DNA from: Lepidodermella squamata
Taxonomy: Eukaryota > Animalia > Gastrotricha
Direction of reading: 5' to 3'
DNA: 64,000 nt
Assembly: GCA_047495785.1 (NCBI GenBank)
Contig: JBLDXI010000017.1
Span: 2,418,001 to 2,482,000 of the forward strand
Position 1 is the stretch's first letter. Every line of letters starts with the position of its first letter. Made by a program: the position numbers and the translations under genes. Shown here one piece after another: positions 24,836 through 36,354 of this stretch. A model generated the notes under the pieces. The model was given only the letters and a program-made list of their open reading frames with translations. It was not told where the DNA came from and ran no database searches.

Positions 24836-26376
24836 TTATGGAACTTTGTATATCAGTGTGTGACCTTGCTGGTGAGCTGCCGGCGGGTTCAACCTATTGA
24901 CAGGTGAATCGTCGCTTTTGTTCATCCTCGGCTGCTGAAGCTGATTGTTGGCATTTGGTGACGCTTTCGTCATTTTCGCTGCAGCTTGTGCTGCTATAAC
25001 AGCAGCCGTCCGCATGCTGGACATATCAGATGACGAAGGCTTGTGGCTGTTACCGTTAGCAGGGTTGTTATTACTGCTAGCTGCCAATTGCCGATGTCCC
25101 GAGTAAGTTGTTTCGTTTGCGAGTAATCGCCTGGCACGATAGTTCTCATAGTGAACATCGGTTGTTCGATCCTTCAAATCCTGCATATGCGTGCTCACCA
25201 ACATTTCTCGCATTGACGCGAAGTCACAATGCCGAGGGTTATCAACTGTGGAAAAATAATAGGTATCAAAAGCTAATGTTTTGGAAAATACACTTTCTTA
25301 CTTTCAATAATTCCCCAAGGATACGCACGGGCGCGCATTTTGCGGCCATTGACTTCTACAGTAGTATTGCCCCCGATTACGGCGAAAGGAACCATTTCTT
25401 GGAGCTCACGATTCCATCGCTTGGTTGAATCGTCCGTTTCATCCGGATCGAGCGGATGCCCAGAGAAATCATATATTTCAATTTGATTTGCGGCTATGTC
25501 TCTTTTGACTTTTTCTTTCAATCGCATCAACTCGGCTGAAGTCAGAGTGTCTGCTTTGGCGATGACGGGAATTATATTGACCAAATCTTGCATGTGCTTC
25601 ATAAATTCAATATCGAGTTTATGAAGGCCGTAGCCGTTCGGAGGAATGAAATAGATACAAGAGTGAACTCTGTTATCTTGAATATTGCGCCGATTCACCG
25701 AGCTTTCGGCTTGGAAATAACTTTCGTATTGCTGTTCGATGAAATCTCGTATATGTTTCCATCTACAAAATGTATTTACATTTTCAACAAAAATGAGAGC
25801 GCAAAATTACGATTCTGTGTTGTTCATGGCATCTCCGAATCCTGGAGTATCAACCACGGTTAGGCGCAGTTTTATATTGCATTCCTCGATTTCCACATTG
25901 CGCTTCTCGATTTGAACGGTGCGTTTTATCAAATCTTCAAAAGAAAAATGTCAAAAGCCACAAAAACAATTATGATTTTTCAATAAACCTGATGCCATTG
26001 GAACTGATCGATCTTTATATAAATCTTGAATGAACATGGTGTTGATGAACGTGCTTTTACCCAAACCACTTTCGCCTGCAAAATGTTGAAATATACCCAT
26101 CAGTGTACGATTTCTCAAAGATGAACTCACCAGCTACAAGAAGCGTAAAATCAAATCCTTTCCTGATAATTTTGCGCTGAATTTGATCCGGAACGCTGCT
26201 GAAGCCGATGACGTCGGTCTGACGATAAGAGGGCTGTATTAATGTTTTTTCAATTACAGATATTTTCTCTTGGTGTAAAAACTCACGTCAGTAGATAGCA
26301 CAGACGACGTCGAGATTGAACCAATTCTTTGCGGCGAGTTTGCTGGCAGGTAGCTAGAAAGCTTGCTGCTTGACAT
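24836..26376 (-). CDS. Septin (SEPT2-group-like), 6 exons
   Basis: [48 protein letters not shown]. Low-complexity tail. Confidence 0.93.
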
Positions 26377-26851
26377 TTTCGGGCCTTAGGTATCAGTTTG
26401 ATGGTACAAGGTTGCCAAAATATATCAAAGTTTATTACGCGACAGATACCCTATTGTAGGCGTGTGAGAGCTTGTAATAGTGTTGTTATTTACATCTACG
26501 TTAGATGAAATGATACGCTGTCCGCATGCAGCTTGCGCATAATTATGGAACTCGGCGTTGAATAACCGGCAGTAAATTTATTCCGGTGTTGCTGGTTGCT
26601 AACTCAACCTTGCAGTGCACAGGAAAACACCGTGCTATGCCGGAGAGGCTCCAAAAATTTGCCGATATTAGTGAGGTGTCTCATTCTGCTATGCCTTATA
26701 AACTCTCTCAAGTATTAAAATTTTCGAATTTATTTCAATATTTAAAAACAAAAAGCCGAACCGGGCTCATTACGAAATGTCATCACAATTTGTAAACCGG
26801 GTGTCAAATATATAGATATATGTGTATTAAAAAATATAAATAATTTCGGTA

Positions 26852-29800
26852 TTATTTTTGACTGTTTTGCGCTTGTTGTAGGCCGTAGTAGATGCCGCCC
26901 TTGGCCATGAGCTCAGCATGAGTGCCTTGCTCAGCGACAACGCCGTGCTCTAATACCAGGATTTTGTCGGCGTTTTGAATCGTCGACAACCTGTGGGCAA
27001 TCGTCAAACTTGTTCGGCCCATAGAGGCGGCATCGAGCGCTTCCTGTACTATCCTCTCACTTTCAGTGTCCAAAGCCGAAGTCGCCTCGTCGAGCAACAA
27101 AATCGCAGGATTTCGCACTAACGCTCTGTAAAAATAGAATAAAATGTAAATCCACCTTAATGTTATCGAATTCGATCTTCCTACCTAGCAATAGCGATAC
27201 GCTGCTTCTGGCCACCGCTGAGCTGCGCGCCCCTTTCGCCAACTGGTGTTTCCAGGCCATTGGGCAACTTTTCCATGAAACCGACCACATTCGCCTGCCG
27301 GCAAGCTTTTGCGATCTGGTCAGCCGTTGGCTTGTCAGTGGGTATCTTTGAGCCGTATGCAATGTTATCGCCAACACTGAGCGCGAAAAGGGTCGGTTCC
27401 TGCGAAACGAGGCCGATGTTGCTGCGAACTAAGCGGATGTTCGATTTCTTGATATCAACGCCATCAATCAAAACAGATCCGGCTTCTGGGTCGTACAGGC
27501 GTTGAACCAGTTGCATAATGGTCGATTTTCCGCCGCCACTCGGCCCGCAAAGGGCAACTCGTTGACCGGGTTCAACAGTGAAAGACAGGCCTTTCAGAAC
27601 CTGAATGCCAGGGCGAGTCGGGTAGCTGAACTCGACGTCCTTGAACTCGATACGGCCCATGGATGGCTTGGAGAGAAGCGCCTTTCTGTTCTCAAGATCT
27701 TTAGCAGCAAGCGATTCGCCATCAACTGGATCCTCCTTATCAATTTGAACATCGTAGTTGAGAATGCTCAACAACTTCCTGGCGGATTTGCGCGCTTTGT
27801 CTTCGTCAGGGATAGCTTGGTTTGTTCTGCCGATAGCCATGCCGGAAAACGTGATGAGGACGTAGACTTTGAAGACGTTGCTGAATGTCGTCATTTCTTG
27901 CTGCATCAACCATGAACCGAGGCTGAAAGTGATAGCCCCAGACCAAAGAATTGACGATAGCGTGAAGTTGATCAGCGGTGCTCCGGCGATGCCCTTCTTG
28001 ATCGCTGTCACTTTGACAGAGTGGTACAGTTGCGAAAAGCGCTCAAGAAAGTGCGGCTCGGCGCACAGAGCCATAACAGTTCTCTGTAATTAAAATTGAG
28101 ACAATGATTTTTGTTAAAAATTGGAAATTTCAATTAATACTCACCATGTTGCTGATAGCGTCCATAGCCGTAGAAGTAGAGGTTGCAGATCCGCCGTTCG
28201 CCTGAGCTCCCTCGACGATCAGTTTGGTAAAGACAATCGACGATACAATAATTAGAGGCATTAGGCCAAGAAGGGCAAGCGAAACTCGCCACTCGACAAC
28301 CAGGGAGTAAATAACAGCAATGCCAATGATAACAAATGCTGTGACATTCGTGTTGAGGCGGATTCCTGAGATCTATTTTCGGAAAAGGGTAAGTTATAGA
28401 TGTAAGGTACTGATGTTTTCAACTTACGCCTTGGATATCGATGCAATCAGTTGCCAAAACGGTGGTCAGAGCAGATGGTTGGTTTTCTTGGCGATCTAGC
28501 CACGCGGGATCCATGCGAAGAATTTTGCCCAAAACTCGACATCTCATACGCTCGGTAAGACGCTCGCCGATAACGCCAAAGATCCAGTGCTCCACGGACT
28601 TGACAATTGCGTGAAAAGCTCCAAGGCCGATGATGATGCCGATTAACATGCCAAAAGTGCTTTGATTATCACCGGGGCAGAATGAACCCATAAACTCAGA
28701 AATTACGATGGAAAAAGCCGGTTGAACGGCGCCGCCGACAGCGGCTAAAATCAAGCAAATCGCAGTATATGCAAGCTCGGGCCGACCCCACGTGAAGATG
28801 ACCTGCTTCATTAGAGCGAAATTGCTCATTTTACTAGGGTCAACTTTAGCTGCACCGGCTTCGGTAGATTCGACACCTTGCTCAACATCGTTCTCTACTT
28901 TCATGTGACCGCTACGAGACGAAGCTCGGGTCGATTTGCGGTTCGATTTTCTATTGCTTTGACGGCTGCTGGACGTGTGTTTGAGTGTGCTCTCCTCAGC
29001 ATCGGCCGAAACATCGAGAACAACACGATCAACATCAACTTCATCCTCATCTTCATCCTCATCAGGCTCTCCCTGCTGTGTCTTGACCAAACGATAATAC
29101 AAGCCATCTTCTTTTTGCATCAACGTCGCGTGGTTGCCAAGCTCCGCTACAACACCGCCGTCAATGACTGCGATAAGATCGGCATTCTGAATTGTAGACA
29201 AGCGATGAGCGATGACCAGGGTTGTTCGACCCACCCTAGCCTTGTCCAGGGCTTGTTGGACGACCTTTTCACTAGCAGTATCCAAGGCGCTGGTTGCCTC
29301 GTCAAGAACCAAGATTTTCGGGTTGGAAACAAGAGCTCGAGCAATGGCAATACGCTGCTTCTGACCACCAGAAAGCTGAGCGCCCCTCTCGCCAACCATA
29401 GTGTCGTAGCCATTGGGCAAGAGCGAGATGAAATTATGGGCATTCGCCAGCTTTGCAGCTTCGATAATTTGATCATCGGAGACGACTTCTTGATCGATCG
29501 CGCCTAGTCTAATGTTTTCGCGTAGGCTCAGATTGAAGAGAACGGGTTCCTGGCTGACAAGGCCGATCTGGCGACGTAGCCAGCGAAGGTTCAGGTCTTT
29601 AATGTCCATGCCATCAAGAGTGACTTTGCCGCCAATGGCATCGTAGTATCGCATGAGCATTTGAACTGTAGTCGACTTGCCGCAGCCTGACGGACCAACC
29701 AAGGCCACAGTCATGCCGCGATCTATCTTCAAATTCAGAGCCTTCAAGATCTGCTTATCCGGACGCGATGGGTAGGAGAAAGCGACGTTTTCGAACGAAA

Positions 29801-31176
29801 TGTTTCCCGTCACGCTTGAGGGCTTATGGCCGCGGTCTGAGAAGTTATCAATTGCTGATTCCTCATCGATAACCGAGAGAACATCGCTAGCAGCTGCGAG
29901 CGCTTGGGCGATAACTTCGAAGGTGGGAGATGCGTTCGCGAGGCCAGCAGTTGCAATCATCATTGAGAATAGGATTTGCATGATGTTACCACCTGCTTGA
30001 GCAACGTCGGGGCTAGAAATGGCGAATTTAAAATGTTGAAGTCCAGAAAAGCTCTAGGTATAACTTACTGATTGCCCCACCAGAAAGCTAATCCAGCCAT
30101 TGAGTTCATGATGAGACTGATAATGCCTTGGCAGACTCCGCTCGAAACCGTTTTGATCATGCCCATGCGGCGCGAGGTGGCTAAATGTCCTTTATAGCGG
30201 CCAACCTCGTATTCTTGGCGGTTGAAGGACAAAACCGTTCTGACACTTGTGATGACCTCATTCGCAATCGATCCAGCTTCGGAATACGCCAACGACTGCT
30301 TCACCGAGTACGTGCGAACTAGTTTAATCATGACGAACGAGACGATGAACATGAAAGGAACCAGTGAGAAAATGACGATCGACACTTTCCAATCAGTCAC
30401 AAAGGCCAGGATGTAACCACTGATCGTTGTGCCAATCCAGGCGAGAGCCATAGATACAGTACTGGACATTCCATCTTCCATCTTGCGAACTTGCCTATAC
30501 GCGAATCAGAACAAATGTCAACCTAAGATATAGGAGCTTTAAAAATAACTTACTCGAATAGCAGGTGGTTTAGCGATCCGGTTTTGTGATCATCAAACCA
30601 TGCGGTGTTTTTGCTGAGGATAGCTTTGAAAAGTCTGTTGCGTAGACGGTGAGTTTGTCGCTGGCATGAGATTGTCCAAAGGGAAGAGTGAATAATGCCC
30701 GCCAGGTACATGCCAAGGCCAATGAGTGCGTACCAGCCGCAGAGAGGTCCGACTACGTCGAACAACGGCTTGCCCTTAAGCAGCGATTGGTCATAGCGAT
30801 TGACTTTATCAGCGACGTAGTCTGTCGAATTCGGGACGGCGATAGTTGACGAGTTTGTCGAATTGGCTAAATCGTGTTTCAGATTGGTCCAGCAGGGTGA
30901 GTAGACGATCATAGCATTCAAAATTTGGCTGTAATAAATCAGAGCAGCCGGAAGAGCGGCGCCCTGACCAAGGGCTAGTAATCCGCCGATAAGCATCATG
31001 CAAACATCCCAAAAATCTGCATAGCGAAGCATCTGTAAATAGCTATATTTCCGCGTGGGCTTCTCCTCTTTAGTCGATCCATTATCGTCGCCAGGCTTCG
31101 CCGACCCTAGTTCTAGAACAGTATCGTAGGGTGGAGGCTCAGCCGAGGAGGTATTCGGCAAATCTTTAGGAGCCAT
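26852..31176 (-). CDS. ABCB1: ABCB1/P-glycoprotein full transporter (6 exons)
   Basis: TMD-NBD-TMD-NBD architecture. Walker [10 protein letters not shown] and [22 protein letters not shown] twice, LDEATSALD twice. Confidence 0.95.
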
Positions 31177-31262
31177 TAAAGTAGTGCGTGAGTAGTTTGT
31201 AGTTGTATCAGAAGTTTTAGTGAGTAAAAAATGATCTTTTCCTCAGGGATGAAATTCAGCTT

Positions 31263-31436
31263 CTTATATAGCCCGGCAAGAAGTCCAGCGGTATAGTTCA
31301 GATTTTTGTCCGCACGACAATTTTATTCTGTCTTCTCATTCCCTCGTGTTTTCCTGCCGTCTTCGCATAAGGCCATAACTAACGGACTCGGTTTGAACTT
31401 TTCTACACAGCCGGCCGTTGATGAGTTGGCAAAAAA
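31263..31436. promoter_or_regulatory. ABCB1 promoter: TATA box (CTATATAAG on minus, 31263-31271) and ARE-like ATGAGTTGGCAAAAAA (31421-31436)
   Basis: Motif matches by eye to TATA and to TGA(C/G)nnnGCA with an A-rich flank. Confidence 0.4.
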
Positions 31437-31954
31437 CTGTGTTACTGAATAGAATTGCTCTTCAAAGCCTACACACGTTTTTTACACACGTGAAAAGATA
31501 TGACCGATGAAAGGAGACAAACACCCTTAAGCTCATCAGAGCAAAAAACGTTGCTTCCAATTTTCGTGTTTGATTCTTAGTCTGGACAGACCTTTTGAAC
31601 TACAGCAATTATTCGATGCACCTCATGGCAGACAAAATATGATCTTTAGCTAAGAATTTCCAGAATATAACCGGTGAAACTTCGAACTTTTAATGGTCTT
31701 GTTGTTGTCATAGTACTTTCGCTTTTCATGCTTGGCACGGGTGCCAATATTTTTAGTCTCTTTTATGAGCGTCATCAGAGCAAAAAGGCTTAGGTCAATT
31801 CTTTTCTTGGGGAAAAAATAACGTGCCATTTTTTACACTTTATTTTTAGAACTTCAAAACGTAGTAGTAATATATGTGGAAATAAAAAATAACCAACAAC
31901 CAATTAAACACACTCCATCATAACTGGTTCAATAGATTTTTCAAATTGGCCTAT

Positions 31955-34546
31955 TCACCGGGCGACTAAAAATTTGTACCGCACCAGGCCTTGACGGTCG
32001 ATTACCTCGAACTCGGCCTTTTTGAAAGTGAGTTCGCTCAACTGCAGATTCACGCCGCTTGGTTCCTCTTGTTCCGCGCCATCTGACTCGCCGCCGTTGC
32101 TCATTTGAAGATCGCGAAGCGGGTTCGGAAACGTGACAATTCGTTCATAACTACGCCAATCCAGTTCCATTGGTTTCAGCAGACCCACCTTTGGCTCGAC
32201 CTGAATCTCATGAGCTAAGATTCTAACAGACAACTTTTCTTGAAGAAGGTTCGTTCCAGCCGGAAGTTGCGGCTCAAAGTGGACAGTGCTGGAAATTTTA
32301 GCTAACACGACCGGTTTCGAATTTCCAGTTGTCTTTTTACGGTTGAACAATTTCGACAAGGCACTAAGGATTCCGTTCGATCTCGGCTTACGGTTGGCGA
32401 TCAAAGACCCGCGGCACTTCAGAACTGCAATGTTGTTGTCTGGGCCGGTGACGCCAACAATATAGACCTCTTCAATCGGCAGTTGCACGTCGACGTATTC
32501 GGATAAAAAGCTGGCCGGGAATCTTTCAATCATGCGAGGGACAACGTCGCGGACTTGAGACTTCACCATATCCGCAACATATTCGTACGTTAGATCGATT
32601 TGCACACCAGCCTCCTCAATGCCACGCTCGGCTGATGCTCTGAACGACGTAACGGTCAGGTTCGCGTTGAAAGGCATGGTATTAGCCTCGATAACCGAAG
32701 TCAGCTGCAAATCCCCTATAGACCAGCCGGCGGGTTTAGGCTCAGGGCTCGATGTTTCCTCGACCTCTTCCGGCGCGTTATCTGAGGGGATAGCCCCACG
32801 TCGTTGGAAGACAATTTTCGCCAAATTTTTCACTCCGCTTGTCATTTGGCCGATCAAAGTCGATCCTAACTGGCTAAGATCAGCGCGAAGTCTAATGTCT
32901 CGAAGGGTGAACATGAGCTTATTACGCCAACTGAAATATAAGCGAGACATCGGCATATCAACCTTGAGGCTAGAAAGTCGCTCAAGCAGTCCAGTTACAG
33001 AATCCGGGTAATCCTTTGCGGTTGACTGGGTCGAACCGATAGTCCAGTATTGACCCTCACCCGGGGTCACATTCACAGCAATACCACTAACCTTAGCCTC
33101 GATTACGTGAAGCCACTTGAACGTAAATTTCGCCGAGTTCGGCGTGACGGAGGCGAGTTTTTTGTTGACGAAAACAAGCTCTGGCATCTGTGGCATGTAG
33201 AATCCGTTAATTGCAGCCTGGAAGGGCGACTTGGTCAATGCTGATTTGAAGAAACCTTTCGACTGGTACTGGCACGAGCAACCATCGATAGAGCCACTTG
33301 TATCGGTCTGGAGACGGATCATCGTCTTTGTTTCCTGATCGTATTGTATCTTGATACCGGGCAGGCGGACCGAGTTCATCGAACAAATGAAATGGCCAAA
33401 TTTAGCATTTTCCAGCCGCAGTTGTTCGATCTGGGCGTTTTGCAGCGGTTGAGCTTCGAACTCGACCAGAGATTCGAAAATCGAGGGTACAGTGATTGTC
33501 GCCCGTAAAGCGGGCGTGACAATCTTCGGGGCAGCAATCTGGCTATTCCTCAAGTAGAGAATTGTAAGCGATGGAAGGACAAGGCTGCCAGACATTTTCT
33601 CAGGCGTATCGTGCTTGATCGCCAGTTTCTCCAGGGCGACAAACTCGTTAGGTGGAATAGACAGCTCCATGCTGAAGCCGTTGCCAATATCGTTTAAAAC
33701 AAAGGTCCTCGCTCGCGTTAGTGCCTCAATTCTATCGATATACATATGCTGCAACAGAAGCAAAGGCTCACGCTCTGGACGCCGGCTAATAACGGGTTTT
33801 GTACGATCCCTAACGGCAGGCGCAACAGTTGAGGATTCCGAGCCCCACAGCCCTGAAATCCAAGAAGTCGCGATTGTCCCGAAACTGAACGGGAAAGCTA
33901 AATGAGAATGCGAGATTTTCGCACTCGGGCATCGGGATGTCGACGTATTGCCGGTAGGACGGTCACATCTCGCAAAGGTCAAGATTCGATCGATCGGTTG
34001 TTCGGCATACGTTGAATACTTCGCACGAACAGGCGGCTTCAAATTTAGGGTAGCTGTCGAAAAATCCGGTATAATGTGTAAAACGTTTGGCTCTCCCAAT
34101 TCCTGCATCTCAGCGACTACTTTCAACTGCTCCAATGTCAGCAGGGTGGCGTTTTCGTCAAAGTTCAACGTCAAGGCTTTGTAATTCGGCCCGACAAGTG
34201 TTTCGTTTTCGAACGGAAGGATGACAGACCGAATAGGATGCTCTAGAGTCATTCTGAAATCCTTAATTTCAAGACTTTGAACTGACCGTAGAAATTCTTC
34301 GGTGTTTTCAATCGTGCTGTTTTTCGGTTTAGCTGAAACTAGGGACGCAACATAGGCCACGTCCATCGGCTTGTTGAAGACTGTCAAGTAGAGTGATCGT
34401 GGTACATCGACAAATGACGAGTAGGGATACTTATCGACAATGAAGATTGACGGATCATCTAAGACCGTGTATTGCCTCTTAGATGAGGCGATACTGCAGC
34501 CTACAGCAAGGATTAAGCTTAAGCGGAAAAAACCCGTAGTCGCCAT
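31955..34546 (-). CDS. Uncharacterised 863-aa secreted protein, intronless
   Basis: 2.6-kb uninterrupted ORF with a signal-peptide-like N-terminus (MATTGFFRLSLILAVGCSIASS). No recognisable family. Confidence 0.8.
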   Translation of the reverse strand: MATTGFFRLSLILAVGCSIASSKRQYTVLDDPSIFIVDKYPYSSFVDVPRSLYLTVFNKPMDVAYVASLVSAKPKNSTIENTEEFLRSVQSLEIKDFRMTLEHPIRSVILPFENETLVGPNYKALTLNFDENATLLTLEQLKVVAEMQELGEPNVLHIIPDFSTATLNLKPPVRAKYSTYAEQPIDRILTFARCDRPTGNTSTSRCPSAKISHSHLAFPFSFGTIATSWISGLWGSESSTVAPAVRDRTKPVISRRPEREPLLLLQHMYIDRIEALTRARTFVLNDIGNGFSMELSIPPNEFVALEKLAIKHDTPEKMSGSLVLPSLTILYLRNSQIAAPKIVTPALRATITVPSIFESLVEFEAQPLQNAQIEQLRLENAKFGHFICSMNSVRLPGIKIQYDQETKTMIRLQTDTSGSIDGCSCQYQSKGFFKSALTKSPFQAAINGFYMPQMPELVFVNKKLASVTPNSAKFTFKWLHVIEAKVSGIAVNVTPGEGQYWTIGSTQSTAKDYPDSVTGLLERLSSLKVDMPMSRLYFSWRNKLMFTLRDIRLRADLSQLGSTLIGQMTSGVKNLAKIVFQRRGAIPSDNAPEEVEETSSPEPKPAGWSIGDLQLTSVIEANTMPFNANLTVTSFRASAERGIEEAGVQIDLTYEYVADMVKSQVRDVVPRMIERFPASFLSEYVDVQLPIEEVYIVGVTGPDNNIAVLKCRGSLIANRKPRSNGILSALSKLFNRKKTTGNSKPVVLAKISSTVHFEPQLPAGTNLLQEKLSVRILAHEIQVEPKVGLLKPMELDWRSYERIVTFPNPLRDLQMSNGGESDGAEQEEPSGVNLQLSELTFKKAEFEVIDRQGLVRYKFLVAR

Positions 34547-34899
34547 TTTTTGAGCTACTTTCCCACAGAATGATGCTATCTAAATTTTATACCGCTCATT
34601 TTTTTCACACCACTTCCTTTCCCGTGCACTAATTAGCATTGCGAGTTGGCATGCCGTTTGGTATGTTGTATTATTTATTTCGACTGACTCACTACCATCA
34701 GCGACCTCTGCGATAACGTTTCACCTGAGAGTCACGCCTCTCAATCCGATGAAGCTAAACAAACGATCACGCCGCAATAACGCGCAAAACAAACTTGAAT
34801 TTTAATTAAACACACCTGGCGTGTTGACTTTTAATCAGCGGAATAAAATCCGAGCTGCTCTGCAAAAAAATTCGAAAAAAATAATCGCAATACAAAAAA

Positions 34900-36171
34900 A
34901 TGATTGCATTGTTAGTTGCCTCTCTACTATTAGATGGCAGCTATGGGGCCTTATCCTCAAGTTGGTCACGTGCGGCCAACTGCCCCTCAGGTCTTGGGAA
35001 AAGTTCAGACGCCTCAGGAAACGTAATTTCGAGCCCCAAAACCCTAATCGAATGCCTGTACCCTGACATGCCTCTTGAAACACCGGTAAATACGAAGCCG
35101 AACTGGCCTGTTGAGAAATTGGTGACATTATGTGGCGATTTCGCGCCCGATCTGACCGCCCCGCCCAACAATGGCGAGGCTAACGGTCTGACAGCAGCTT
35201 TTGCTGTCGACAGGATGGCTGAGTTCGACAATGTCGCCGAAACGTTGTCTGTAGTTGGCATGTTTCATCTGCAGTGGAAAGTCACGACTTGCGATGCTAT
35301 TGTGAACAAGACCGATAAAATTGCAATGGAGCGTGTTTTCATGCGAACAACTGACGCGACATGGCTGCCGAGTTACCTATTCACATCGAGTTCGACAGAC
35401 ATTTTCATGCGGAGTGAAACTTTCGGAAATGAAGTGATTGCGACGATATCAAAAGACGCGAATGTCGCAACTTCAACAGTTGCATTTTACTGGACGAAAC
35501 GAGGCTTCTTCGAAACTGACTGCAGTCCGACTGATCTCGCGAAATTTCCGTTCGATAAACAATCCTGCAACATAACATTCGCCCTTCAAAATTCTCAGCA
35601 GCAGGTGTTTTTCAAGGACGTCCAGGTCGCATGCCCGTCTGATGACGCAGCTGAGTGGTATTTTGGGGGATGTAGCTTCGTTTTGGAGTCGACTAAGCTG
35701 CAGGGTGTTGGCGTCAGTCAGGTCACTTTTCAACTGCAGATGACCCGAAAACCGGTCTACTACCTTATGCACCTGGCTTTACCTAGCGCGACCCTATCCC
35801 TGTTAGAATGTGCCACTTTCTTCATCCCACCTAAAGCGCTGGATAGGCCGATTTTCGCAGTCACGATCCTGCTGGCTCTGACTGTAGCACAGGGTGGTGT
35901 GTTGGAAGATGTCCCGAAGACCTCGCAAACCATCCTCCTGAGTCGCTACATCCAGTTTCTGGCCTGGTTTGCTGCCGCTGTTACGATGTACGAGCTATTC
36001 ACGACATTCATGAGTCACGTCAGCGGCGGTAAAAAGGCGAATAAGGTGGTTGTGAACGCGAAATGCGCTACTTTGACTCTGATTCAAGTTCTCGATTTAA
36101 TCGGCGCTCTCGTCGCAACTCTGATCTACGTGGCAATTCACGGTTATGTTGCTGGATACGCTCTCTCGTAA
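34900..36171 (+). CDS. Divergent Cys-loop ligand-gated ion channel subunit (nAChR-like, non-alpha), intronless
   Basis: Signal peptide, LQW, TWLP, Cys-loop CSPTDLAKFPFDKQSC, pre-M1 RKPVYY and four TM helices. Confidence 0.88.
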   Translation: MIALLVASLLLDGSYGALSSSWSRAANCPSGLGKSSDASGNVISSPKTLIECLYPDMPLETPVNTKPNWPVEKLVTLCGDFAPDLTAPPNNGEANGLTAAFAVDRMAEFDNVAETLSVVGMFHLQWKVTTCDAIVNKTDKIAMERVFMRTTDATWLPSYLFTSSSTDIFMRSETFGNEVIATISKDANVATSTVAFYWTKRGFFETDCSPTDLAKFPFDKQSCNITFALQNSQQQVFFKDVQVACPSDDAAEWYFGGCSFVLESTKLQGVGVSQVTFQLQMTRKPVYYLMHLALPSATLSLLECATFFIPPKALDRPIFAVTILLALTVAQGGVLEDVPKTSQTILLSRYIQFLAWFAAAVTMYELFTTFMSHVSGGKKANKVVVNAKCATLTLIQVLDLIGALVATLIYVAIHGYVAGYALS

Positions 36172-36354
36172 AATCGATAACGCAAAAATTCTCAAAAAGA
36201 CAAATCTCTCATTTTCAACGCACCTTTTATTTCTTCAAATATTTGCAGCATCGACAACAACATTAGTTATTTTTGTGAAAGCCTTCAACAACAGCACGCT
36301 CCATAAAAATATCTCATTTACTCGTATAATTTTGATTTAAAGCGTCTTTTCTTC

